A stretch of DNA of 64,000 nucleotides. Source: Bugula neritina. Its lineage: Eukaryota > Animalia > Bryozoa. The notes beneath the pieces were generated by a model, which saw only the letters and a list, made by a program, of their open reading frames with translations, did no database searches and was not told the origin of the DNA. A program made the translations under genes and the position numbers. The stretch is taken from contig OZ037766.1 of NCBI GenBank assembly GCA_964035545.1, forward strand, positions 13,816,722-13,880,721, read 5' to 3'. Below are positions 17,796 through 39,001 of this stretch, in pieces. Within the stretch, counting starts at the first letter, position 1. The number at the start of each line of letters is the position of its first letter.

Positions 17796-20717
17796 ATGGC
17801 AAAGTTTAATCCACCTCCTGAGTTTGACTTTATGCCAGAGAAATGGGCAGAGTGGGCCAAGAGATGGAGTAGATATAGACAGTTTCAAAGTTAGATAAAG
17901 AGGAGGAAGAAATACAAATAAATAGTTTCCTGTATTTTATGGGACCTACAAGTGAAAGCATCTTTATCGGCCTAGGTCTCTCCAAAAAAAAATAAAAATA
18001 AATACAATGAGGTGCTAGCTGGATTTGAGAACTACTTCTCACCCAAGAAATATGTCATCTATGAAAGAGCAAAGTTTTTCAAGCATGACCAGCAGCAAGC
18101 CGAATCAGTAGAACATTATATTCGTGCTTTAAACAAGTTGGCAGACAAATGTGACTTTGGAGATAAGCGAAAGGAGTTTCCTAGTCTTTTTCTGGCCTAG
18201 GTAAAATGAGCCAGGAGGCAGAGATTCAAGTAAACACTGGTTTCCTTCCCCCCTATGCTATTTGTGTTCCACATTGTGCCGTATCCATTATTAAATAAGG
18301 TGAAGGCTGAGTTAGATGAAATGGTAGAGTTAGGAGTCATCTTCCCTGTTTGTGAACCAACTGATTGGTGCTCACCCATGGTTACAGTCCCCAAAGCAAG
18401 TGGTCGTATTCATATATGTGGAGACTACACTCAGTTGAATAAAGTACTCAGGAGGGAGGTATGCCCGATGGCCCATGTCGACTCTAGTCTAACTAAATTA
18501 GGTAATGGGAAAGTTTTCAGCAAGTTGGATGCGAACTCTGGGTTTTATCAGATACCCCTGTCCAAGTCTAGTAAACTCCTTACTACATTTTTGACCCTGT
18601 TTGGTCGGTTTGCTTATCATAGGTTGCCGTTTGGGCTGTCATCTTGCCCAGAGATCTATGCCAAAGTTGTGTCACAGGTTCTTTGTGGTCTAGAAAGAGT
18701 TAATGTCTATAAGGATGATGTTTGTGTCTGGGGCAATACTGTGGAAGAACACGATGCTAGAGTTCGTGCTGTCCTCAGACGCATGTCTGATGCAGGAATG
18801 ACTATGAACAGTTCCAAATGTGAATTTTCTAAAAGTTTGATCAAGTTTCTAGAACATTCAATTTCTGATAAAAACATTCAAGCCAACCTTGAGGCAGTTC
18901 AGGGGATTAGAGGTTTCAGAACTCCTCGGTGTGTCTCAGATGTTTGTAGCTTCTTGGGTATGGCAAATCAGTTGAGTAAGTTTACCCCCAAATTGGCGGA
19001 GCTATCTAAGCCTCTCAGGGATTTTTTGTGTAAGACTTCTCCTTGGTTCTGGGGCGAGGCTCAGTCTATAGCCTTTGCCCAAATCAAAGAGGAGCTGTCG
19101 AGAAATTTCGTTCTTGCGGCTTATGACCCGAAGGCTGAGACCATTACACAGACTGATGCATGCCGGAATGGCATTTGTGCTGTATTGCTGCAGCTTCAGC
19201 TTCTCGTGCTTTGACCGATATTGAGAAGAGGTATGCAACCATCGAACAGGAGGCACTTGGGGTTGTGTGGGCATGTACTAAGTTTAGAAACTACATTACA
19301 GGTATCACAGTCAAGATACAGGCTGATCACAAGCCTTTGATCCCATTACTGAATGAAATCAAACTGGATAAACTGACTGTTCGCATTCAGCGTTTCAGGA
19401 TGAGGCTTATGAGGTTTGCGTATGTCGTTGAACACACTGCTGGTAAGGATAATGTGCTTACTGATGCATTATCTCGCTCACAGGCTTCACTCAGTGTGGA
19501 TGAAGTGGCTTTTGTGGAGGAGGTAGAGTTGGCCGTGAAGAAGAATCATAAGTCGTTTGCTTCTAGTCAGAGGCTCGTGCAGTTAGCAAAGTTACAAAGA
19601 GCTGATGAAGTCTTGGCCCAAGTTATTGAGTTTGTTAAGACCTCATGGCCGGAGTACCTTATCAATCAGGATATACTTCTTTGCCCTTATTTTGAGTCAA
19701 GATCGTTCATTTCTATTCAAGATGGGTTGTTGGCGCTTAGGAACCGCATTGTTATTCCACAAGTTGAGAGATTGGAAGTTCTTCGGACTTTTCATCAAAG
19801 TCATTTATGGTGACCAAGTGCCGTGCTCGGGCCAGGCAGTATGTTTGGTGGTCGGGTTTATCTCAGCAGATTGCTGACATAGTACGCCAGTGTTCCAGAT
19901 GTGTTGGTTTCAGACAATGGTCCCCAGTACGCCAGCCATGAGTTTGAATTGTTTGTTTCTTCTTACCAGTTTGCCCATGTCACTAGTTCACCAAAGCCTC
20001 CTCAGGCTAATGGAGAGGCTGAGATGGCAGTGCAAACAGTCAAGTCCCTGCTCAAGAAAGAGGCAGATCCATACCTTGTACTGTTGGCCTATCGATCTCC
20101 TCTGGAGAATGGCTTGTCTCCTGCTGAGCTGTTGATGGGCCGAAAGCTGAAGACTACTGTTCCCGCGCTTCCTAAGCTGTTAGTCCCTCAGCCTGTAGAG
20201 AGATTGGCAGTTCAGGAGAAAGAAGAGTTGAAGCGAAGTCAAGTGAGAGAGGATTTTGATATTAGCCATAAAGTTGCACCACTTCCTCCGTTGAAACGAG
20301 GCGGCAGTGTGAGAATTAGAGATTTGAACAGGGACGCAGTAGTTATCCAACAGTGCGCACGGAGATCTTGCACTTTTCAAGACACAGGTGGTACTGGGTT
20401 AAGACGCAACCGTAGAAGTCTCACACCAACCCACTCATCTGAGTTGAGCAAGTAGCGTAGCTGTTCAGTTCAAGGACCAACCAATTCATAGTAGTCCCAG
20501 ACAGACCGCTGTATTTGGTACTGAAGCCCAACAATTCTCATCAGATGTTAGGTTGGATGTTCAGCCCCGAGAAAAGCCAGTTCAGGTTAGCCCCTACCAG
20601 GTAGTTGTTCTTCTAGATAGGGCCAAACAAACCCACTCAGTTTCTAGCTCTGCTGTTCGTTTGTTCAAAACTAAGTCTGGTCGCGAAATCCGCGCTCCGC
20701 TAAAGCTTGACCTTTAG
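17796..20717 (+). pseudogene. Disrupted gag-pol of the Mag-like element
   Basis: gag start MAKFNPPPEFDF..PEKWAEW with frameshifts and stops; RT fragment 18255-19214 (WCSPMVTVPK, KLDANSGFYQI, YKDD); RH fragment 19160-19813; IN fragment 19901-20455 (SDNGPQY, NGEAEMAVQTVK); tail KTKSGREIRAPLKLDL*. Protease and part of IN are deleted. Confidence 0.9.
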
Positions 20718-21250
20718 CCTCCTGTCTCGTGCCCTGTTATATTCTGATATCATATTCCGATGTTATATTCTGATATTATAATCTGGTATTATGTTCTCAT
20801 AATGTTTAACATGTTTGTAATTTTATTCTTATTAGCCTATTAATACTTGCTAAATTCATTTATACGCTTTGTATCACTTTTCGTATATCACTCGTGTTTA
20901 CATTTCAGTTGTGTTTGTTTTAGAAAGAGAGGTGTTGTATTATACTCGAATTACCGCACACGCGGAATTACTTTACTGTTTTGTTTTATTCGTATGCGTT
21001 GTTATAGTATGTATGCTTCTTCTAAAAATACATCCTCTTGGTATTAACACAGCAAGTATTACTACTAGTACTACTGCTGCTGCTACTAGCTACTGTAAGA
21101 CTAAGAGTATAAGTGTAGCTACTACCAGTTCTAAAAACGAGTGAAGCAAATACGAAAGTGTAACTAAGAAGTTTTTGTAAAACCAGTAGTAGTAGTAACT
21201 GCAAATAACTTTCTTTTCATTTTTTTATTTTCAGTATGATGTTGCTATTT

Positions 21251-21412
21251 GGATTTTAGGTAAAATTGGGACAGGTAAAAATGGCACAGTAAAAGTCGCA
21301 CAGGTAATAATGGCACAAATGAGAAAATAGTACAGTGTGCTATTTTTACCTGCTTTGCCATTTGTGCCATTATTGCCTGTGCCATTTTTACTTTTTTTTT
21401 TTACCTGACACC
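21251..21412. mobile_element. Small palindromic MITE built of 15-bp CAGGTAAAAATGGCA units
   Basis: Direct units on the left and inverted units (TGCCATTTTTAC/TGCCATTATTGCCTG) on the right; GG...CC ends; flanks TGCTATTT/AACTATTT resemble a decayed 8-bp TSD. Confidence 0.65.
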
Positions 21413-22069
21413 AACTATTTGTTACTGTTGGTGTCACACTCACTGCCAGAGCCATTATCATTTTTAAGAATTTTATAATTAGCATAACATTTAATATGCA
21501 TTGCATGACCAAATTTTTAATTGTCTGATAAATTACCTAGTAAATTAGCTATAGCCTGACAATGATCATAACAAATCTAGCTAAGCTACTATTATTTGTA
21601 GGTAATTGGACCCCCCCCCTCCCCCACTCAGTAGAATTGGGTCAAGTTATAGTGTTTTTAGTAAGATGACTTGTAACTTTTGAATAAATGTATGTATGGA
21701 ACATAGCTTATACATGTTAATATGTTTCAATTTAAATTGATATATTGATTTCGTAACAACATTGATAACAATTTTGATGGAAATTTCATGAAAGCCAGTT
21801 TGGCTCGTTATTTAAATAAACTGTTCTTCAGTTTGACATTGTCTAATGTGTTACCTTTAAGCTTTAATAGACTAAAAGTTGCCTTTGTTTCATTTGAGGT
21901 TTCTGCAAGCTGACTTTAATGTCCTAGGGTTAAGCTTTCTCTTTAGCAAAGAATAATAATAAAGGTAACAAATAGCATGTCACTAAATTTACTAGTAATA
22001 GTTTGTTTTACTAGGTTTGGAATCAAATGTTATAGAAGATAGAGAAATGGTTGTTATATCTACATTACT

Positions 22070-24506
22070 ATGATACTACTAGTTGGTTCTACCTCATCAG
22101 GCAAGACACTATTTGCAAAGCAACTGCAAGGTTAGTGCTTATTCAAATGTTGATTTTTTAGAATAATTCATTAAGCTGAAAGCTATCTAACTTGTGATGT
22201 TTGAGCTTTTAATGTTAAGACATTTTTTCTCAGTTTGCCTACCAGTACTTAAAAGATGTGGCTTACTTTCTGAATGATTATGAAACTTTAAAACATGCAT
22301 TCTTTTTCACCACTGCATTTAATGAAGTTATTTACTGCCAGTTATTATAGTATAATTTTATAATGTATGATATATCAAATATATGTATATGATATTTAAT
22401 TTATAAGTTTTTTTTTGGTGTGCTTTTACTCTTTTTTATACATAATGATTCTTTAAAATGCTACCCTTCAATTTAACTAAAATGTATTATGAAACACTGA
22501 TTGTGAAACATGTATTGTTGAATGCGTTTTAGAATATGTTACCAAAGGGAATGTACTTCCTGAATCTGATATACTGACAACAATTCCTACGGTAAGAAAG
22601 GTTTCCTAAGCACCATCAGTTCATTCATATCCATACTTAAAACTGTTTTGCAATACATGCATCTGGTAATGATTGATACATGCATATTAGAGCCTAAAAT
22701 AAAGCTTACTGCCAAAAGTATTTTTGGAATACTAGGTGTTTAATGTTCTATGGTTTAGCTAGTAACATGTGTGTGCTGCCATACATGTTTATTTGGGTAT
22801 TTTCTAATAAGCATCATTTAAAACGCAGCAATAATGGGCAATTTATCTCCATATAAGATTTACATAAACTGCAGGGAAATAATATTGTAAGTTCTGACAG
22901 TGTTTGTTTCATTCTAATTGTTCATTCTTCTATGTCTAGTTATTGCTTGAAAGTCGTGAATAGCAAAACTATATTTCGTTTGTCAGAATTTATGTTGATT
23001 CAGATTACAGTGAATGAGTTTTTAAAGTCAACTTCTATTCATATTTTAGTTTATATCACTAATAAAAGTGAAATTATTTGGTAATATATCTCTACCAAAT
23101 CAGCATATTAGAAACTACCACTCTGTTTGTTATTGTTAATGCTAGGTGGGAACTAACATGTCAGCGTTACAAATTTCCAGAAAGGATGCCGTTGATATCC
23201 GTGAACTGGGAGGCAGCATGGCTCCTATTTGGAGGAAATACTATAAGAATGCTGACGCTGTTGTTGTAAGTTAATAACATAATTGTAGCTCATGAAATTT
23301 AATGTTTCATAATTAGTAAGTTGATATATATATATATAACATATGCACTAATGCTGTTAGTATTTGTTAAATTTGCACAAATTAATTGAAAATGACATTC
23401 TTTACATTTTGCGTTTTACAAAACATGTTGTGCATTTTTTCAGATTGTACAATGTTATAGAACTATGATAAATACCTTTTATCGTGCAATACATGATAGA
23501 TAGTTGAGTAGCGCAGAAAGAGTGAACAGTAACAATGCTATAACACAACAAGTGTGACAATCGCTTGTTATTTTATAGTTTCTAATTGATAAAAGTAACC
23601 CACAGCAGCTATCTGCAGCATCTATCTTGCTCTTTGACATGCTGACAGATCAACTTCTCACAGATGTCCCCTTTCTTGTGGTGTGGAACAAAATGTAAGT
23701 CAAATAATTTAATAGTTAAGATGTTTTGGGTCATTGCATTACTTTATTAATTGCTTACCATGCCCTTCCATCAGATATATAAGCATAAAACAAAAAATGC
23801 AAGGCTTAGCTTTTTGGTTTCAATGAATTATATACTATTTCATATAGAACTACTCTTAATTCTCTGTAACTCATAGGATGATTGACATGGCTTTTTAAAC
23901 AAATATCCCTCCCCAGTTTTTTTTCTCTCAAACTAATATAATCATCTTTAAATAACTATGTTGATTTAAAGATTAGCCATTGAAGTTTTAAAAAAATTGA
24001 TGTAATATTTTTGCCGTGGAACCTATAATGATCATGCATACAATACGGTTGGACCTTTCTTTGACCAGCATAGGTTGTGTTTTTTTATCAGATTCTACTT
24101 TCATGTAACCTTAAACTTGAACATGGTTTTTTTTCTACAACTTGTAAGTAGTTTAACAACTGTAAGCTAAACATATTTGCAGGAAATGATATCAACATTT
24201 AGTTATCTCACGCCCCTTTTCTCTTTGAGCTCAACATGCTTCTTATTTACTACTTAATTATGTCTACTGATTTTTATTTGTATATATTTTATATATAGCT
24301 ATAGAGACTCACACAGTATTATATATATTTATATATGTATATTTTACAGTGATAGCAGGAACTGTATGCCATCAGGGTACATCAAAAACATCTTAGATTT
24401 GGATCTTATCAAAAATTATGCTAGTCAGAAGATATATTCAGTAGACTGTAGCAGTGTCACAGGTGAAGGGTTTGGCAGCATTGTGACATGGCTAAAACAG
24501 CTGTGA
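22070..24506 (+). CDS. ARL16: ADP-ribosylation factor-like protein 16 (ciliary small GTPase)
   Basis: Exons 22070-22130, 22533-22591, 23146-23265, 23579-23694, 24350-24506: MILLVGSTSSGKTLFAKQLQE...TIPT-VGTNM...IRELGGSMAPIWRKYY...FLIDKSNPQQLSAA...VWNKID...SSVTGEGFGSIVTWL*. The P-loop, PTVGTN, RELGGxMxPIW and QLSA motifs are characteristic of ARL16; no N-terminal myristoylation helix. Confidence 0.93.
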
Positions 24507-25568
24507 TGTCGGCCGGTTATGAACATAAGTTAAAGCCAAGGTTGACATAAACGTTAGATCTCGTGCTTCATTTTTATGTGTAAATTATTATTGTTTTCCT
24601 TTTGAGAGTTCAGCTGTTTTAGTCGGTTTATAAAAATATTTCAAGATGCTGTGAATGGAACAATTAAGTATATTTTGGAACTAGCTATTATTATTTTCAA
24701 CTGTGCTAAGCATAAAAGTAAGACAATTGTTATAAGTATAGTTAGTTATACTTGAATTTAGGCCAACTAAAGTTAAATTGAGAAATTGACTGAAGATTTA
24801 CATAATGTTTTAGTATAATTTCAGATTTCTATTTTGATAACTTGAGTGCAAACAATTTGCATCAATTAATAGTGTCGAGTAATAATCATATATTTTTTGC
24901 TTCGCAATTCATTAGGTGTTTTATTGGTAATAGCAATTCAGTTACTGTTTTGTGTAAATATATTTTGTATTTTTAATGGTCTCACATCTGCTGCATATAC
25001 ATGTAGTATAAATTGTTCTTTTGAAATCGTTATATCTTTAATATAAAATTCAGTTACCACATTGGTAATTAAACCGTCCTTTTAACAATACAAATTTAAA
25101 GCCAAAACATATAGTACACTAACAGTGAATTAATAATTTCATTTAATAGTTAATTTTCTATATTCATAGCTGTGAATAGAAACTTAAGAATTTAAAGCAC
25201 CATAATCTGCTGCAGAAGTAGTAATTAATTACAACTCGAAATACAGGCATGCAGGGTGAAGTTCATTACTGAAGAAAACTTTTCAGGGTGGGCAATAGAA
25301 AAATAAATAATGATAAATAAAATACTTAGAATTCTTTCTGAAGGCATCATGATAATCATAGAATTGTAACTGAATAAAATAAACAACATGTGCATTATAT
25401 TGATAGAATAGGCTATACAGTGACATTTATAGCTGTGTGTAGTACATGTAGCATGGGATAGTGATGGTGAGAAACACAGGCTATTTATAGCTGTGTGTAG
25501 CATGGGAGATTGTTGTCAAGGCACACATTGACTATTAGGGAAGGAAGAAAGAAAGCAAACTCTCTTGT

Positions 25569-35400
<9,832 letters not shown>

Positions 35401-38094
35401 TTATAGCTAGTAGTATGCAGCACTTAAGTATTTGAACAAAAATGTATGATCATTCATCTATATCCCATTCATCACGGTAATCATCTCATAGTCAAAGTAT
35501 TAGGTTATTAACTATATTGTCTACATGCTGTCATTTGAAGAGGATGTATTAAAATTTTTGGCTGCATTATAATGTTGTAGACGACTCAAAACATTACAAA
35601 CATAAACAATTTCACAGCTAAATTCAAATACCTTCAACTTTGTCTAGGGAGTTCTAATTTTTTATGTACTTAAATTGGCAATATCTCATTAACACAAACT
35701 TTAGCTATTCACATCGCACATTTGCTGATCTACTTCATCACCATCTATTTTATTATGGTAATCACTTAGCTTCTAGACTTGGCACATTTCAGGGACTATA
35801 TTATTTCTAGAGCATATTATTCAGAGATGCTGAAATCTTTCTCCACTACACTATTGTTAAACACTGCACCGTTTCTAGATATTACATAATTTTTAGATTA
35901 CACGACTTTTTACTTATATTTAGCATACAAGATTTGAGAGATCAAATGAAGAGCTTAAACCGACATCCAATAATCTTATACAACAATTGGGTGTATAACT
36001 CAAGAACTTCCCCCCCCCCCCAAATTCATCACTAAGAAAATATTTAAATTAATTGAAAATATATATACTACTTTAAACTAAAACATAATTATTAACTTTT
36101 TAACACCTTGTATAGTTCCAAGTAGTATTGCACTATGTTTAAAAAACAGCATTTACAACTCTACACTCTGAAAGAATTAATACATAGAATATTGGTGCTA
36201 GTTACTCAAGAAAAGTTTTGTTAAAAAAATAAAATTAAAGCACAATGTTCCCTTTTTTAGCCAAAGTGTTCGGATAAGCTTTGTAAACAGCAGCAAAAAG
36301 ATTGTCTATTTTATTTCCCTAAAGAAACTCAAATTATGATAAATAATTTTGCAACCCTGCTAAAGACTGAGCACTTCAAGATTTGCGTCAGCAGAAAATT
36401 TGGCAATTATTTATGCATCAAATGCATTTATTGTTTTCCAATTCCCACACCCGTACTATTTATGAGAGCAGTATGTGTATATAAATATAGCAGGATGAAT
36501 ATTTAGCAAATGAAACCAATTTATTTCCATTCTACACTAGTAGTGGATTTAGAATATGGTATAACAAGCAATTCATATAAATTCAGAGAGCAAAGCCACC
36601 GGTACAATATATAATTGTATAAGATATATAGGTGTTCACAGTTGCACGTTACAGAGAAATCAAGTGTATATATTATCTGTTTATATGAATACCTTTAAAA
36701 CCAGATGTAGGATTTTGAAACCTACTAACAACCATATTTCAAGATGCTGCACACAACTGTATAATTTGCATAGGCCACATTGTTGTTTCCTGCTCAAAAA
36801 TCTTTATGTTAGAAATAGTGAGTGCACATTGGCTGGTGTAGCTAATATTGGGCTATACTACATCAAATCAAACAAATGTATGCTTTGTTTCCACAATATT
36901 AGCCTGATTAATAAAATGAAAAGGCACAACCTCTTTCCGCTTAAAGCTAGTTTGGAGCGTGTCACTTTACTGTAATTAAGCCATCTTATATATGAAAACA
37001 TTGATGGTTTTTAAAATTCTATAATAAAGTAGCTTTGTTACTTAGATTAATAAAGTGTGAGAGAAAATTAACTGTAAGGTAGTCACGCTGGATTATTAGT
37101 ATCTTCAGTAGGCTGCAGCAGGCAAGCTTCATGTACTCATCAAATTCACATCATCAATGGTGCTGACAAAAATAGTTAGTTTTTCCTACCAGAATGTAAT
37201 ATGCTGTCAGTAGGCAGCAGCTTCATTAGATTATTTGATTTGCATAAAACCCCAAGGCTATTGCAGGAAATTAAATCAATGTTCACCTTGTAGACCGATG
37301 CTGCTATTATAACAATAATTATTATACTCGTATTTGTGTAGCGCAGTGGAGTAAGTCAATGCCTACTCACTACTCCGTACTCTACAGTCTACACCCCATC
37401 AGTTGCATAACATGATGAAGCCAGTGCCTACTTGTAGGCATCTGTATTTGCAGATGTAATTAGTGCAGTCTACAGCGTAATGTAAGCCGTAAAGTGCTAT
37501 CCCTGTGAATGTAGTACAACCAGTAGTAGGTCTAATGTTCATCATTGCATAGAGCTAGAAATGGGCAAGACTAAATGGACATTTTGAGCTAAAATAGTAC
37601 TAGCCCCCCCCCCCACATAGCTATCTTAGAAATGGTCACTCATGCTATACAGCCAAAATAAAGCTCTACATACAATTATGTTAGGACACTTGGTATTAAT
37701 GCAGTGGAATTATGTACTCTAATCAAACGAATTATTCTAACAAATTTATATAATTATTATAATAGCTCCATTTAAAATTATGCTTTTAGTCACTTTTGTT
37801 GAATATTGCTGACAAGTTAATAGCATCAAATACCTTGGTAATAATTTAAACTGAAATCATGACTGGTTTGCCTTGAATAGAGAAATCAATACTTTATTAG
37901 GGCTGAGCTTTTTTCTGCCTCGGCACCTTTGGGTATTTGAAAACTGTTAACATAATATGTAAAAGATATAGATTTGTATCCTTGAATCCAAAATAATTTT
38001 GCATGAATATCTTTTCTAGTTGTAAGTTGGGAACACAGCAATTCTTATATGACTTTAAAAACTCTTTCAATAAGTTCTGTGCATTTATATCAAT

Positions 38095-38235
38095 TCAGGC
38101 TTAGTAAGCGCAGAGCAATGGGTTTGAATTCCAGTAAAGTTCGTTGATGAAGGGCATTTGGTCATAATTGCTCCTGTGTCACAATAGAAAACAAGTCCTT
38201 AATTTGCTTATAAAGCCCTTGCTATTAGGGGGTTC
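38095..38235 (+). mobile_element. Degenerate tRNA-derived SINE fragment
   Basis: B-box-like GGGTTTGAATTCC followed by GAAGGGCATTTGGTCATAATTGCTCC, resembling the GAAGGGCATCCGG core of invertebrate SINEs. Confidence 0.35.
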
Positions 38236-38489
38236 TCACAAATATATATTTAAGGTTTCGGAAATGTTGTTGGCATGTCTGACACATCTTACACTTTATA
38301 CAGTTTACACAGAAGTTACTAAATATATGAAACTTGTAATTTAATGTTTTAGAGTTTGCATACAAACCGAAAGCAGTTGGCATTTAGAAAAAGTATTGTA
38401 ATTGCTATTGGAATAAATTATTGAAAAGTTCTATGTTATAGCAACTTTGTTAAAATAGGTAGGCTACTGCATAGTATGTCATATAATGT

Positions 38490-39001
38490 GCAGAGTGCAG
38501 TGTGTAGTAGAGAATGTAGTATAGTGTGTTATAGTACAGTATGTGGTACAGTGTTTGGTACAGTGTGTAGTACAGTGTGCAGTACAGTGTGTAGTACAGT
38601 GTGTGGTACAGTGTTCGGTACAGTGTGTTCTACAGTGTGTAGTACAGTTTGTGGTACAATGCGTAGTACAGTATGTAGTACAGTGTTTGGTACAGTGTGT
38701 AGTACAGTGTGCGGTACAGTGTGTAGTACAGTGTGTGGTACAGTGTTCGGTACAGTGTGTTCTACAGTGTGTAGTACAGTTTGTGGTACAATGTGTAGTA
38801 CAGTGTGTAGTACAGTGTGTAGTGCAGTGTGTAGTACAGTGTGTAGTACAGTGTGCAGTAGAGTGTGTTGTACAGTGTGTAGTACAGTGTGTAGTACAGT
38901 GTGTAGTACAGTGTGTAGTACAGTGTGTAGTACAGTGTGTAGTACAGTGTGTAGTACAGTGTGTAGTACAGTGTGTTGTACAGTGTGTAGTACAGTGTGT
39001 G
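38490..39001. repeat. 12-bp minisatellite (GTACAGTGTGTA)n with a 132-bp higher-order duplication
   Basis: About 42 units; variant pattern starting at 38541 recurs at 38673. Confidence 0.95.

Larger units (their letters stand above)
17075..21054 (+). mobile_element. Degenerate Mag-like Ty3/Gypsy LTR retrotransposon with short (122-bp) LTRs
   Basis: 3' LTR 20933-21054 (TGTTG...CAGCA); 5' LTR split into 17075-17083 + 17588-17700; 5-bp TSD AGTAT (17070-17074 / 21055-21059); PBS TGGTGGTCAGTAC at 17701; PPT AGAAAGAGAGG at 20922-20932. Confidence 0.92.
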
